Source: Gemmatimonadaceae bacterium (GTDB taxonomy: Bacteria > Gemmatimonadota > Gemmatimonadetes > Gemmatimonadales > Gemmatimonadaceae). Taken from it: a DNA stretch of 55,190 nucleotides. Below, piece after piece: positions 25,903-34,191 of this stretch. Location: assembly GCA_046706905.1 (NCBI GenBank), contig JBJKPA010000043.1, forward strand, positions 1-55,190. Direction: 5' to 3'. Numbering within the stretch: position 1 is the first letter of the stretch; each line of letters starts with the position of its first letter. Position numbers and translations under genes: made by a program. The notes below the pieces were generated by a model. It did not search any database. It saw only the letters and a program-made list of their open reading frames with translations, and was not told the DNA's origin.

Positions 25903-27017
25903 TCGCGCCGTTCGGAGGATTCTATCGGAACAAGACGGTTCTGGTGACCGGAGACACGGGGTTCAAGGGCTCCTGGCTCTCGATCTGGCTCACGCACCTG
26001 GGCGCCCGGGTCATCGGGTACTCGCTCGCGCCGCCGACGCAGCCGTCCAACTTCGAAGCGTGTCGCCTCTGGGAGCGGATCACGCACATCGACGGCGACA
26101 TCCGCGACTACGAGAAGGTGCGGCAGGTATTCGTCGAGCACCGTCCGGAAGTCGTGTTCCACCTCGCCGCGCAGCCGCTGGTGCGGCTGTCGTACGAGCA
26201 GACCCGCTACACGTTCGACACGAACCTGATGGGCACGGTCAACACGCTCGAGGCCGCCCGGGTCACGGATTCCATTCGCTCGATCGTCGCCATCAGCAGC
26301 GACAAGTGCTACCGCAACGTCGGAACGTCGGCGGGATACCGCGAGGGCGATCAGCTGGGCGGATACGACCCCTACAGCGCGAGCAAGGCCTGCGCCGAGC
26401 TGGCGATCGGAGTCTACCGGGACGAGCGGTTTCAGGCGTCCACGAATCCGCCGACGGACATCCGCGTGGCGTCCACGCGGGCGGGGAACGTCATCGGCGG
26501 CGGCGACTGGGCCCAGGACCGGATCGTGCCCGATACCGTGCGCGCCATCGCATCCAATGCCGACATCGCCGTGCGGAATCCCGACGCGGTCCGGCCCTGG
26601 CAACACGTGCTCGAGCCGCTGAGTGCGTACCTCTGGCTGGGGGCGCTCCTCACCAAGGATCGCAAATACTGCTCGGCCTGGAACATCGGACCCGACGGCG
26701 ACGGCGTGCCCACGGTGGAGGAGGTGGTGCGGGGCATCCTCGGACGCTGGCCCAGCCGCACGCGACTGGTCGTCAACCGCGACCAGTCCAAGAAGGAAGC
26801 GCTGCTGCTCCGGCTGGACTGCACCAAGGCGCACAACGAGCTTCGGTGGCATTCGGCGTGGAGCGTGGACCGGACGCTCGACGCCATCGTGGCGTGGTAC
26901 GAGCGGTTCTACTCGGGCCCGTCCACCGACATGTACGCGTTCACCGCGCAGCAGATCGAGGAGTACTCGCAGTCGGCTGTCGAGAAGGGAATCGCCTGGG
27001 CGACGGAGGAGCTGTGA
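25899..27017 (+). CDS. rfbG: CDP-glucose 4,6-dehydratase
   Basis: C-terminal 372 aa of track ORF 25242..27017: KTVLVTGDTGFKGSWLSIWLTHLGARVIGYSL...DPYSASKACAEL...RAGNVIGGGDW. TTG start overlaps the upstream stop (TTGA). Confidence 0.85.
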   Translation: MIAPFGGFYRNKTVLVTGDTGFKGSWLSIWLTHLGARVIGYSLAPPTQPSNFEACRLWERITHIDGDIRDYEKVRQVFVEHRPEVVFHLAAQPLVRLSYEQTRYTFDTNLMGTVNTLEAARVTDSIRSIVAISSDKCYRNVGTSAGYREGDQLGGYDPYSASKACAELAIGVYRDERFQASTNPPTDIRVASTRAGNVIGGGDWAQDRIVPDTVRAIASNADIAVRNPDAVRPWQHVLEPLSAYLWLGALLTKDRKYCSAWNIGPDGDGVPTVEEVVRGILGRWPSRTRLVVNRDQSKKEALLLRLDCTKAHNELRWHSAWSVDRTLDAIVAWYERFYSGPSTDMYAFTAQQIEEYSQSAVEKGIAWATEEL

Positions 27018-28243
27018 CCATCCAAGACGGCTTCGCGTGCCGCGCGTGCGGCGGCACCGACATCGCGGTGCTGCTCGACCTCGGAGACCTGCCGCTGGCC
27101 AACGCGTTCGTGGCCGACGAGAGTGGGACCGACGATCGGATCCGGCGGCCGATCACGCTCGTCATGTGCACCAGGTGCTCGCTGATCCAGATCCGCGATG
27201 AGGTCCCCCGCGAGCAGCTCTTCAGCTCGTTCCTGTGGGTCACCGCCACGTCGCAGACCACGAAGGACTACGCGCGCTGGTTCTCGGCCCGCACGCGGGA
27301 CCGGTATCTGGAGCGGGTGGGACGGTTCCTCGTCGAGGTGGCGAGCAACGACGGCTTCTTCCTCGAGCACTACCGGGCCGACGGCTTCGACATTCTGGGC
27401 GTGGACCCGTCGAACCTGGCCGCGGAGGCCGACGAGCGGGGGATTCCCTCGATCCGGGACTTCTTCGGCCGCGCGGTGGCGGACCGGATCGTCGCCGAGC
27501 GGGGCCAGGCGGACGTGATCGTCGCCCGCAACGTGCTGGGGCACGTCAGCACGCTGCGCGACCTGGTGGACGGCATCAAGCGGCTGCTCGCGCCGCACGG
27601 CGTCTGCCTGCTCGAGAGCCCCTACGCCTATTTCCTCCGCAACGAGCTGCAGTACGACACGATCTTCCACGAGCACCTGTCGTACCTGACCGTCGGCTCG
27701 GTGGCGAACGTGCTGGCGCTGTTCGGCCTCAAGCTGACCGACGTGAACTTCGTGCCGATGAACGGGGGCTCGTTCCTGTTCGAGGTGATGCACGAGGAGG
27801 CGGCCACGCCCCGGGGCGATCACGCGCTGCTGGACCTGGAGACGCTCATCGGCCTCAACCGCCCGGAGGGATGGGCCGACTTCGCGGACGGCGTCAGAAA
27901 GCAGCGGAGCGATCTGCGCGCGCTGCTCGAGCGGCTGGCGGCCGAGGGCAAGCGCGTGGTGGGATACGGCGCGGCAGCCAAGGCCATGACGATGCTCAAC
28001 TACTGCGGCATCACGAAGGACCTGCTGGCGGCGATGGGCGACGCCAACCCCCGCAAGCAGGGGCTGCTCTGTCCGGGGGTGCGGATCCCCGTCGTCTCGC
28101 CCGACGAGCTATTGGCGTACGAGCCCGATTACATTCTCATCGGCGCGTGGAATTTCAAGGCAGAGATCATGCGCTTCTTCCGGGATCAGAAGGGATACCG
28201 GAACCGCTTCATCATCCCCCTCCCGACGCCCAAAGTCGTCTGA
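27014..28243 (+). CDS. NDP-hexose C-methyltransferase (TylC3-like: Zn-ribbon, class I SAM MTase, C-methyltransferase C-terminal domain)
   Basis: C-terminal 409 aa of track ORF 25592..28243: CRACGG...CTRCSLIQI zinc ribbon, LVEVASNDGFFLEH SAM fold, HEHLSYLT and GGSFLF blocks. GTG overlaps the rfbG stop (GTGA). Confidence 0.75.
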   Translation: MTIQDGFACRACGGTDIAVLLDLGDLPLANAFVADESGTDDRIRRPITLVMCTRCSLIQIRDEVPREQLFSSFLWVTATSQTTKDYARWFSARTRDRYLERVGRFLVEVASNDGFFLEHYRADGFDILGVDPSNLAAEADERGIPSIRDFFGRAVADRIVAERGQADVIVARNVLGHVSTLRDLVDGIKRLLAPHGVCLLESPYAYFLRNELQYDTIFHEHLSYLTVGSVANVLALFGLKLTDVNFVPMNGGSFLFEVMHEEAATPRGDHALLDLETLIGLNRPEGWADFADGVRKQRSDLRALLERLAAEGKRVVGYGAAAKAMTMLNYCGITKDLLAAMGDANPRKQGLLCPGVRIPVVSPDELLAYEPDYILIGAWNFKAEIMRFFRDQKGYRNRFIIPLPTPKVV

Positions 28244-28271
28244 GGCCCGCCCCGAGGAGCTTCGCCCCTAC

Positions 28272-29441
28272 GTGAAAGTCCTGTACGCGTACAACTACCA
28301 CCGTGGCGGCAACGGATCCCTCAACGCCACGGCCGCCACGGTGCGGCTCGTCCGCGAGCACGGCGCTGAGGTCCGCGAGTTCACGCGGAACAGCAAGGGT
28401 CTTCCGCAGAACCTCGTCGGACGGCTCACCGCGGGCACCCACGCCTTCTACGCGCCCGAGGCCGTGCGGGAGTTCAAACGGACCCTCGACGAATTCCGGC
28501 CGGACGTCGTGCACGCGTGGGACGTGTTCCCGCTGATCTCCCCCTGGGTGTTCCGGGCCTGCGCGGAGCGGGGAGTGCCCGTCGTCATGACGTGCGACGA
28601 CTACTTCCTGACCTGTCCCGTGCGGAACCACTTCCGCAACGGGAAGATCTGCACGGAGTGCCTGGGCGGCCACGAGTACCGGGCCGCCCTCCACAACTGC
28701 CGCGGCAATCTGACGGAGAGTCTCATCGTGTCGGCGTACACGACGATGCTCCGGACCCTGCGTCTCGCCGCCGACAACATCACGCGGCTCATCGTGAGCT
28801 CGGAGTTCACCCGCGACTGGATGGCGCAGCATTCGGGCTTCGGCCGTGAGCGCATCGATCTGGTGACGCACTTCGTGGACATCCCGCCGGAGCCGGCCGA
28901 TCCCGGCGCGGGCACGTACGTGGCGTTCGGCGGCCGGTTCGTGCCGGAGAAGGGGATTGCGACCTTCCTCGAGGCGTCGGAGATCTGCGGCCTCCCGTTC
29001 CGGCTGTCCCGCAACAAGAACTTCTTCTCCAACGTCCCGCTGCCGCCCAACGCCGACGTTGTCGTGACGTCGGGGCGGGACGATCTCAACGCCTTCTACC
29101 GCGGCGCGCGGATCGTGGTCTCGCCGAGCATCTGGTTCGAGACCTTCGGGCTCGTGGGCGCCGAGGCGATGAGCCACGGGATTCCCCTGATCGGGTCGGA
29201 CATGGGTGCCATCCAGTACCTCATCGAAGAGGGCGTGGACGGGCTCCATTTCAAAACCGGGGACGCCCGGGATCTGGCCGAGAAGGTCCGCCGGCTGTGG
29301 GACGACGTGGACCTCCTGCGCCGGATGGGCCGAAACGCACGCGCCAAGGCCATGAGCCGGTGGACCGCGCCGGTGCACCTGGAAGGTCTGCTGAAGACGT
29401 ACGAGCGGGCGATCGACGACGTCCGCCGCGCCGGCCGGTAG
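28272..29441 (+). CDS. Glycosyltransferase family 4 (GT-B, Glycos_transf_1)
   Basis: GRFVPEKGIATFLEA...SIWFETFGLVGAEAMSHGIPLIGSDMGAIQYLIEEGVDGLHF (E-x7-E motif region). Confidence 0.85.
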   Translation: MKVLYAYNYHRGGNGSLNATAATVRLVREHGAEVREFTRNSKGLPQNLVGRLTAGTHAFYAPEAVREFKRTLDEFRPDVVHAWDVFPLISPWVFRACAERGVPVVMTCDDYFLTCPVRNHFRNGKICTECLGGHEYRAALHNCRGNLTESLIVSAYTTMLRTLRLAADNITRLIVSSEFTRDWMAQHSGFGRERIDLVTHFVDIPPEPADPGAGTYVAFGGRFVPEKGIATFLEASEICGLPFRLSRNKNFFSNVPLPPNADVVVTSGRDDLNAFYRGARIVVSPSIWFETFGLVGAEAMSHGIPLIGSDMGAIQYLIEEGVDGLHFKTGDARDLAEKVRRLWDDVDLLRRMGRNARAKAMSRWTAPVHLEGLLKTYERAIDDVRRAGR

Positions 29442-29447
29442 GCGGCC

Positions 29448-29463
29448 GGGCGGCGGCCCGCCC
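29448..29463. terminator. GC hairpin filling the 23-nt gap between convergent genes (possible bidirectional terminator)
   Basis: GGGCGG-cggc-CCGCCC, a 6-bp stem with a 4-nt loop. No U-tract. Confidence 0.35.
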
Positions 29464-29464
29464 C

Positions 29465-30934
29465 TCACGCACCCTGGCGGGTCATCAGCGTTCTGATATC
29501 CGAGATCCGGAGGGCCCCGGTGACGACGACCAGCACCGAGTACAGGGCCCCGGCCAGGACCATGGCGCCGAAGGTGCCCCGCTGCGCCACCATCGGCGTG
29601 ATCGTGAGGACCAGGATCACGACGAGCGCCACGCGGAGGGCGTCGGGAATCGGCAGAAAGAAGCCCGTCCGGCGATACACCATGGACAGCGTGGCGGGGG
29701 CCAGCACCAGGGTTTCCACGGCGAGCGTCCCGTAGGCGACGCCCATGTATCCGTACCGCGGCGCCAGGATGGAGAGGACCACCACCTTCGTGGCGAGCGA
29801 GATGCACATGTACGCGAGCGCGTAGTTCTCGGCCTGGACCAGGAAGAGGACCGGTCCGATGACGAGCGACACGGATTTGATGGAGTACATGACCGCCAGC
29901 ACCCGCAGCACGTTGGCGCCCGGGACGAGCTGGTGGCCCACGATGCCGATCAGGAACTCGGCGCCCGACCAGAGGACCGAAACCGCCAGGCCGCTCAGCA
30001 GGAAAGTCGTGGTCATCGCGCGCTTGCATGTTTCCCGGAACCGTTCCGGCTCGTTGACGAACGCGAGGACCGGGTAGAACGAGAACGAGATCGCGCCCAT
30101 CCCCATCATGAGCGGGACGGTGAACCGCTGCGCCGCGGAATAGATCGCCACGTCCTGGAGGCTGGCCAGCTTGGACAGGATGAGCAGATCGGCCGCGTTG
30201 TGCAGCACCACGACGAAGCCGATGAGCCCCATGGCGAACGAGGCTCTGGCCGCCCACTGGATCTCCGACCGCTCCACGCCGGCCACCGACGGCTCGATGG
30301 CGCCGTGGGAGAAGATCAGGCACCCCACGAGGAAGATGCCGCGCGACGCGGCGTACGCGGCCATGACCGCGACCAGCCCCGCGTGAACGTGCGCGAGGAA
30401 CAAGAGCAGGCCCACCATCACCGCGACCGAGACCAGCTCCGAGAGGACCTCGCGCTCCATCACGAGGGCGGCCTTGAAGCTCGCCCGCGCCATGATGACC
30501 CCGGCCATGAAGAACAGGCTCACGCTGGCCACCAGGCCGGCGCGCACCACGGCGTGGGAATACCCCATGACGAGCAACCCGACGCTGAGCACGAGCACCG
30601 AGAGCGGCGCCTGGAAGATCTTCAGCGCGAGGAAGATGCGGACCAGCCGCTTTCGCCGGCCCGGCTCGCGGTTGACCTCGCGGACGAACACGTCGGTCGT
30701 GCCGAAATCCAGGATCCACTCGGCGATTTGCAGCCACGCGACGATGATGGCGTACTCGCCGAACATCGACGTGCCGAATCGGCGGCTGATGACCGCGACG
30801 ACCGCCAGACGGCCCAGGGCGATGAGGTTGCGCCCCACCACCAGCGCGCTGGTGTTGCGGAACATCTTCCGGCCCAGCCCGTGGGCCGAGAGGGTCCCGG
30901 GGTGGCGCGTCACGGGATGCTGCGGAGTGTTCAT
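29465..30934 (-). CDS. wzx: Polysaccharide flippase (Wzx, MOP superfamily)
   Basis: About 12 predicted TMs. N-terminus FRNTSALVVGRNLIALGRLAVVAVISRRFG is typical of Polysacc_synt proteins. ATG 30934 overlaps the upstream stop (ATGA). Confidence 0.8.
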   Translation of the reverse strand: MNTPQHPVTRHPGTLSAHGLGRKMFRNTSALVVGRNLIALGRLAVVAVISRRFGTSMFGEYAIIVAWLQIAEWILDFGTTDVFVREVNREPGRRKRLVRIFLALKIFQAPLSVLVLSVGLLVMGYSHAVVRAGLVASVSLFFMAGVIMARASFKAALVMEREVLSELVSVAVMVGLLLFLAHVHAGLVAVMAAYAASRGIFLVGCLIFSHGAIEPSVAGVERSEIQWAARASFAMGLIGFVVVLHNAADLLILSKLASLQDVAIYSAAQRFTVPLMMGMGAISFSFYPVLAFVNEPERFRETCKRAMTTTFLLSGLAVSVLWSGAEFLIGIVGHQLVPGANVLRVLAVMYSIKSVSLVIGPVLFLVQAENYALAYMCISLATKVVVLSILAPRYGYMGVAYGTLAVETLVLAPATLSMVYRRTGFFLPIPDALRVALVVILVLTITPMVAQRGTFGAMVLAGALYSVLVVVTGALRISDIRTLMTRQGA

Positions 30935-31890
30935 GCGCCCAGTGCCCACCCGAGCCCCTCGCGCTCGATCCGTTCCTCGAATTCGGCGCGCCGCGCCTCG
31001 AGCGCCGGGTGCAGCCCCCCGGAGCGCCGGCGCCCGCGCAGCTCGCGCACGGTGTCGGAGATGGGCAGCTGCAGGAAGTCCGCCACGCGCCGGAGCGTCT
31101 GCTCCGTGTCGTCCACCAGATCGCCGTAGCGGATCTCAACGACCCGGGAGGCCGGGAGGCGCGACACGCCCGACCGGAACTCCCGAAGGTTGTTCACCAC
31201 GTCCTTCAGAATCCACGAGATCAGGACGCGCTCCGAGCGCCGATTGCCCAGCACACGATGGCCGAAGCGCGCGAGGCCGAGGTAGAAGCGCATCTGCGGG
31301 ATACCGGTCGTCAGCAACTGCACCAGGGGGCTCTTCTCCCCGGCGTACATGCGCTGGGCGTTCCTCAGCTCCGAATTCGCGATCTCGATCGGATCGCGGA
31401 GCAGGAACACGAAGCGCGCCTCGGGCAGCGCCGACGCAATCCACGGCGCGCCGGCGGTATCCCACGGATTCTTGAGGAGCAGCGCCGACGCATCGCCGTG
31501 CATCCACGAGAGCTTGCGTGTGAGGTCGCGGAACGTCGGCAGCGTCCGTGCGTTCAGGGCGAGCGAACCCGCTTCGCGTTTCAGGATCCAGCCGTACTCC
31601 TCCACCGTCTCGGGCGTCAACGCGATGTCGTCCAGCCCGCGTTTTGCGAGACCGTTCGCCTCGAAGTACTCGACGAGCCACTGGCGGTCGCTCCGGCCTT
31701 CGTCCTTCAGCCGGCTGTCGACCATGCGGGCAAAGAACACCACATCCTGGAGCGTCACCGGCGCCACCGGCAGTACGCGCGACAGGAATTCGTAGAGGAT
31801 GGTCGTGCCGGAACGGTGCAGGCCCATGATGAAGACCAGGGGCTTGGATTCGCCGGACGCCCAGAGATCTCTGAGCTTCTCGTCGCTCAC
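30931..31890 (-). CDS. PAPS-dependent sulfotransferase family protein
   Basis: 5'-PSB-like loop FIMGLHRSGTTILYEFL and 3'-PB-like FVFLLRDPIEIANS. GTG 31890 overlaps the upstream stop (GTGA). The track ORF extends spuriously to 32172. Confidence 0.7.
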   Translation of the reverse strand: MSDEKLRDLWASGESKPLVFIMGLHRSGTTILYEFLSRVLPVAPVTLQDVVFFARMVDSRLKDEGRSDRQWLVEYFEANGLAKRGLDDIALTPETVEEYGWILKREAGSLALNARTLPTFRDLTRKLSWMHGDASALLLKNPWDTAGAPWIASALPEARFVFLLRDPIEIANSELRNAQRMYAGEKSPLVQLLTTGIPQMRFYLGLARFGHRVLGNRRSERVLISWILKDVVNNLREFRSGVSRLPASRVVEIRYGDLVDDTEQTLRRVADFLQLPISDTVRELRGRRRSGGLHPALEARRAEFEERIEREGLGWALGA

Positions 31891-33173
31891 CGGCGTTTGC
31901 CGCGCGGACGCTTTGTCGGAACGGGGTGCACCGCCGCGGAGCCGGCCGCGGGTGTGCGTACGGGCTCCTCGACGTCGAGCAGCGCGGCCTGAATCTCCGC
32001 ACCGTGCGTCAGAATGAGCCGGAGCGTCTCGCAGACGCCGTCCACTTCGTCGGCCGCGATGGACGCGCCGCCGGGCAGGACCAACACCGTGCGCGTGAGC
32101 TGCTCCGTGGCCGGCAGCGGCTCCCCGGGCGCCCCGTCGGAGCCGGGGTAGAGGGGGTCGAGGCGATGGCATCCGGGATGGAAATAGCGTTTCGCCAGGA
32201 TCTTCTCGGCGCGGAGCGTGCGCAGGATGGCGTCGCGCGAGATGCCCGAACGTTTCTCATCCACGATGCTGACGACGAACTGGGCATTGCCCCGGCGGAT
32301 GCCGTCGATGTCGAACAACTCGATGCCGGGAATCCCCGCGAGCCCCTCGCGATATCGGTCCAGGGTGTCGCGGTTGCGTTGGATGAACTCGTCCATGTGC
32401 TCCAGGTACGTGAGCCCCATGGCCGCGCTGAGCTCCGACATCTTCGCGTTCGTGCCGGGCCCGATCACCTGATCCGAGTCGTCGAACCCGAGGTCCCGGG
32501 CCGCCCGCAGGCGTTCCGCCAGAGCGTCGTCGTTGGTGGTGATCGCCCCGCCCTCTCCCGAGTTGACGAACTTCGTCGCCTGAAAGCTGAACACCTCGGC
32601 GGCGCCGAATCCGCCGATGGCCCGGCCCTGGTGCGTGCAGCCGAAGGCGTGGGCCGCGTCGAAGAGCAGGGACAGGCCGTGCCGGTCGGCGATGTCCTGC
32701 AGCACGTCCACGTCGCACGGATTCCCCCACAGGTGGACGCCCATGATCGCGCTCGTGCGCGGCGAGATCAGGCGCTTCACGTGGTCCGGATCGATGTTGT
32801 GCGTCCCCCGATCGACGTCGCAGTACAGCGGCTCGAGGCCGAGCCAGCGCAGCGCCTGCGCCGTGGCGAAGAACGTGAACGACGGAACGATCACCTCGCC
32901 CGTCAGCCCCATGGCCGACGCGGCCACCTCCAGGGCGAGCGTGCCGTTGCACGTGGCGACGCAGTGGCGGGTCCCCGTGATCCGGGCGATCTCGGCCTCG
33001 AATTCGCGCACCAGCACGCCGTCCGAGAACCAGCGGCGGTCGAGCATCCCCTCGAGCCTGGCGAAGAGCCGCTGCCGGTTCGCCTCGTTCGGACGGTTGA
33101 CGTGCAATGGCCGAACGAATCGCGGCGGGCCGCCGAAGACGGCCAGATCCTTCCAGCTTCTATCGTGTTGCAT
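31887..33173 (-). CDS. DegT/DnrJ/EryC1/StrS-family NDP-sugar aminotransferase
   Basis: PLP-lysine block FSFQATKFVNSGEGGAITT plus other family blocks (FEAEIARITGTRHCVATCNGTLAL, SFTFFAT). About 40-aa basic C-terminal tail. Confidence 0.85.
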   Translation of the reverse strand: MQHDRSWKDLAVFGGPPRFVRPLHVNRPNEANRQRLFARLEGMLDRRWFSDGVLVREFEAEIARITGTRHCVATCNGTLALEVAASAMGLTGEVIVPSFTFFATAQALRWLGLEPLYCDVDRGTHNIDPDHVKRLISPRTSAIMGVHLWGNPCDVDVLQDIADRHGLSLLFDAAHAFGCTHQGRAIGGFGAAEVFSFQATKFVNSGEGGAITTNDDALAERLRAARDLGFDDSDQVIGPGTNAKMSELSAAMGLTYLEHMDEFIQRNRDTLDRYREGLAGIPGIELFDIDGIRRGNAQFVVSIVDEKRSGISRDAILRTLRAEKILAKRYFHPGCHRLDPLYPGSDGAPGEPLPATEQLTRTVLVLPGGASIAADEVDGVCETLRLILTHGAEIQAALLDVEEPVRTPAAGSAAVHPVPTKRPRGKRR

Positions 33174-33197
33174 CGGGTGAGTCGGAAGGAGGTGGGG

Positions 33198-34112
33198 TCA
33201 GGCGGCGCCGAGCCAGTACGGCCGCTGCACCCGGCGCCTGAACGACCGGAATGTACGCGCGAAAGGCCGCGTGAGGAGATACGGCACCGAGCCGTGCTGC
33301 ACCAGGCGGGCGAGTCCCTGCAGCATCGTCTGCCGCTGCTGCAGCTCCTTGTAGGCGATGTTGGTCTGATGCACCCGTCTCCGATGGGCCGCGAGGCCGG
33401 GGTCCAGCGCGTCGGACCAGTGGTCGATCAACCACAGGCACTCGTGATGCAGCTCCTTGTAATAGCGGAAGGTCATGTTGTCGGCATGCCAGCGGTAATG
33501 ACAGATCACCTGCTCTACGGCCCGGGCCTCGTGATGTTCGGAGACGCCGAGCAACATGTAATAATCCGGGATCATCCGCACCTGCTCGGGCACGGCGCCC
33601 AGCTCCTGCAGCGCCGACCGCCGGAACAGAATGGCGCTCATCGCGATGAAACACGCCTCGTGGAACAGGCGTTCGAAGATGTCGCCCTCGGGCAGGGGCT
33701 CGTACTCGTGCTTGTGGTCGAAGTCCTGCCGCCGGCCCGACCCGTCGAAGCTGAGGGTCCGACCATACACCAATCCGACTTGTGGGTCCAGGGATCCCAG
33801 CTCGACCTGCAGCCGCAACTTGTGCGGCTCCCAGATGTCGTCCTGATCGAGGTACCCGACCCATTCGCCCCGGGCCTCGTTCAGGGCGATCTGGCGCGCC
33901 CGTCCGAGTGGAACCAGGTTTGGGGAACGAATGTATTGCATACGGGGGTCGTGGTAGGAATGGACGATCTCCGGGGTCGAGTCGGTCGAGCAGTCGTCCC
34001 ACACAATCAGCTCCCAATCCTCGAAATCCTGCGCGAAGACGCTGTCCATCGCTTCGCGCAGATAGGTTTCGCCGTTCTGGACGTTCATGATGACGCTGAC
34101 GGAGGGCTTCAT
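33198..34112 (-). CDS. Glycosyltransferase family 2
   Basis: MKPSVSVIMNVQNGETYLREAMDSVFAQDFEDWELIVWDDCSTDST...YLDQDD. Start moved to ATG 34112. Confidence 0.85.
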   Translation of the reverse strand: MKPSVSVIMNVQNGETYLREAMDSVFAQDFEDWELIVWDDCSTDSTPEIVHSYHDPRMQYIRSPNLVPLGRARQIALNEARGEWVGYLDQDDIWEPHKLRLQVELGSLDPQVGLVYGRTLSFDGSGRRQDFDHKHEYEPLPEGDIFERLFHEACFIAMSAILFRRSALQELGAVPEQVRMIPDYYMLLGVSEHHEARAVEQVICHYRWHADNMTFRYYKELHHECLWLIDHWSDALDPGLAAHRRRVHQTNIAYKELQQRQTMLQGLARLVQHGSVPYLLTRPFARTFRSFRRRVQRPYWLGAA

Positions 34113-34191
34113 GGGCAGTACGATCGGAATGAGCACCGGTGCGGGAGCGGTGGGGAGAACCTGCCTAGGCGGGAACCAATAATACGACGAT

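Noticed and set aside
25242-27013. Upstream extensions of track ORFs 25242..27017 and 25592..28243
   Set aside because: Homology to CDP-glucose dehydratase and to the C-methyltransferase starts at the internal TTG 25899 and GTG 27014. The extensions overlap the preceding genes out of frame.
28212-31139. 975-aa minus-strand ORF spanning the GT4, Wzx and sulfotransferase regions
   Set aside because: It has low-complexity Arg/Gly/Pro composition. It overlaps three genes that have strong family motifs in other frames or on the other strand.
31887-33173. Assignment as CDP-4-keto-6-deoxyglucose 3-dehydrase (E1/RfbH), which would complete a 3,6-dideoxyhexose pathway
   Set aside because: The active-site block reads SFQATKF and retains the Schiff-base lysine. 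E1-type dehydrases replace this lysine with histidine. An ordinary aminotransferase is therefore the better call.
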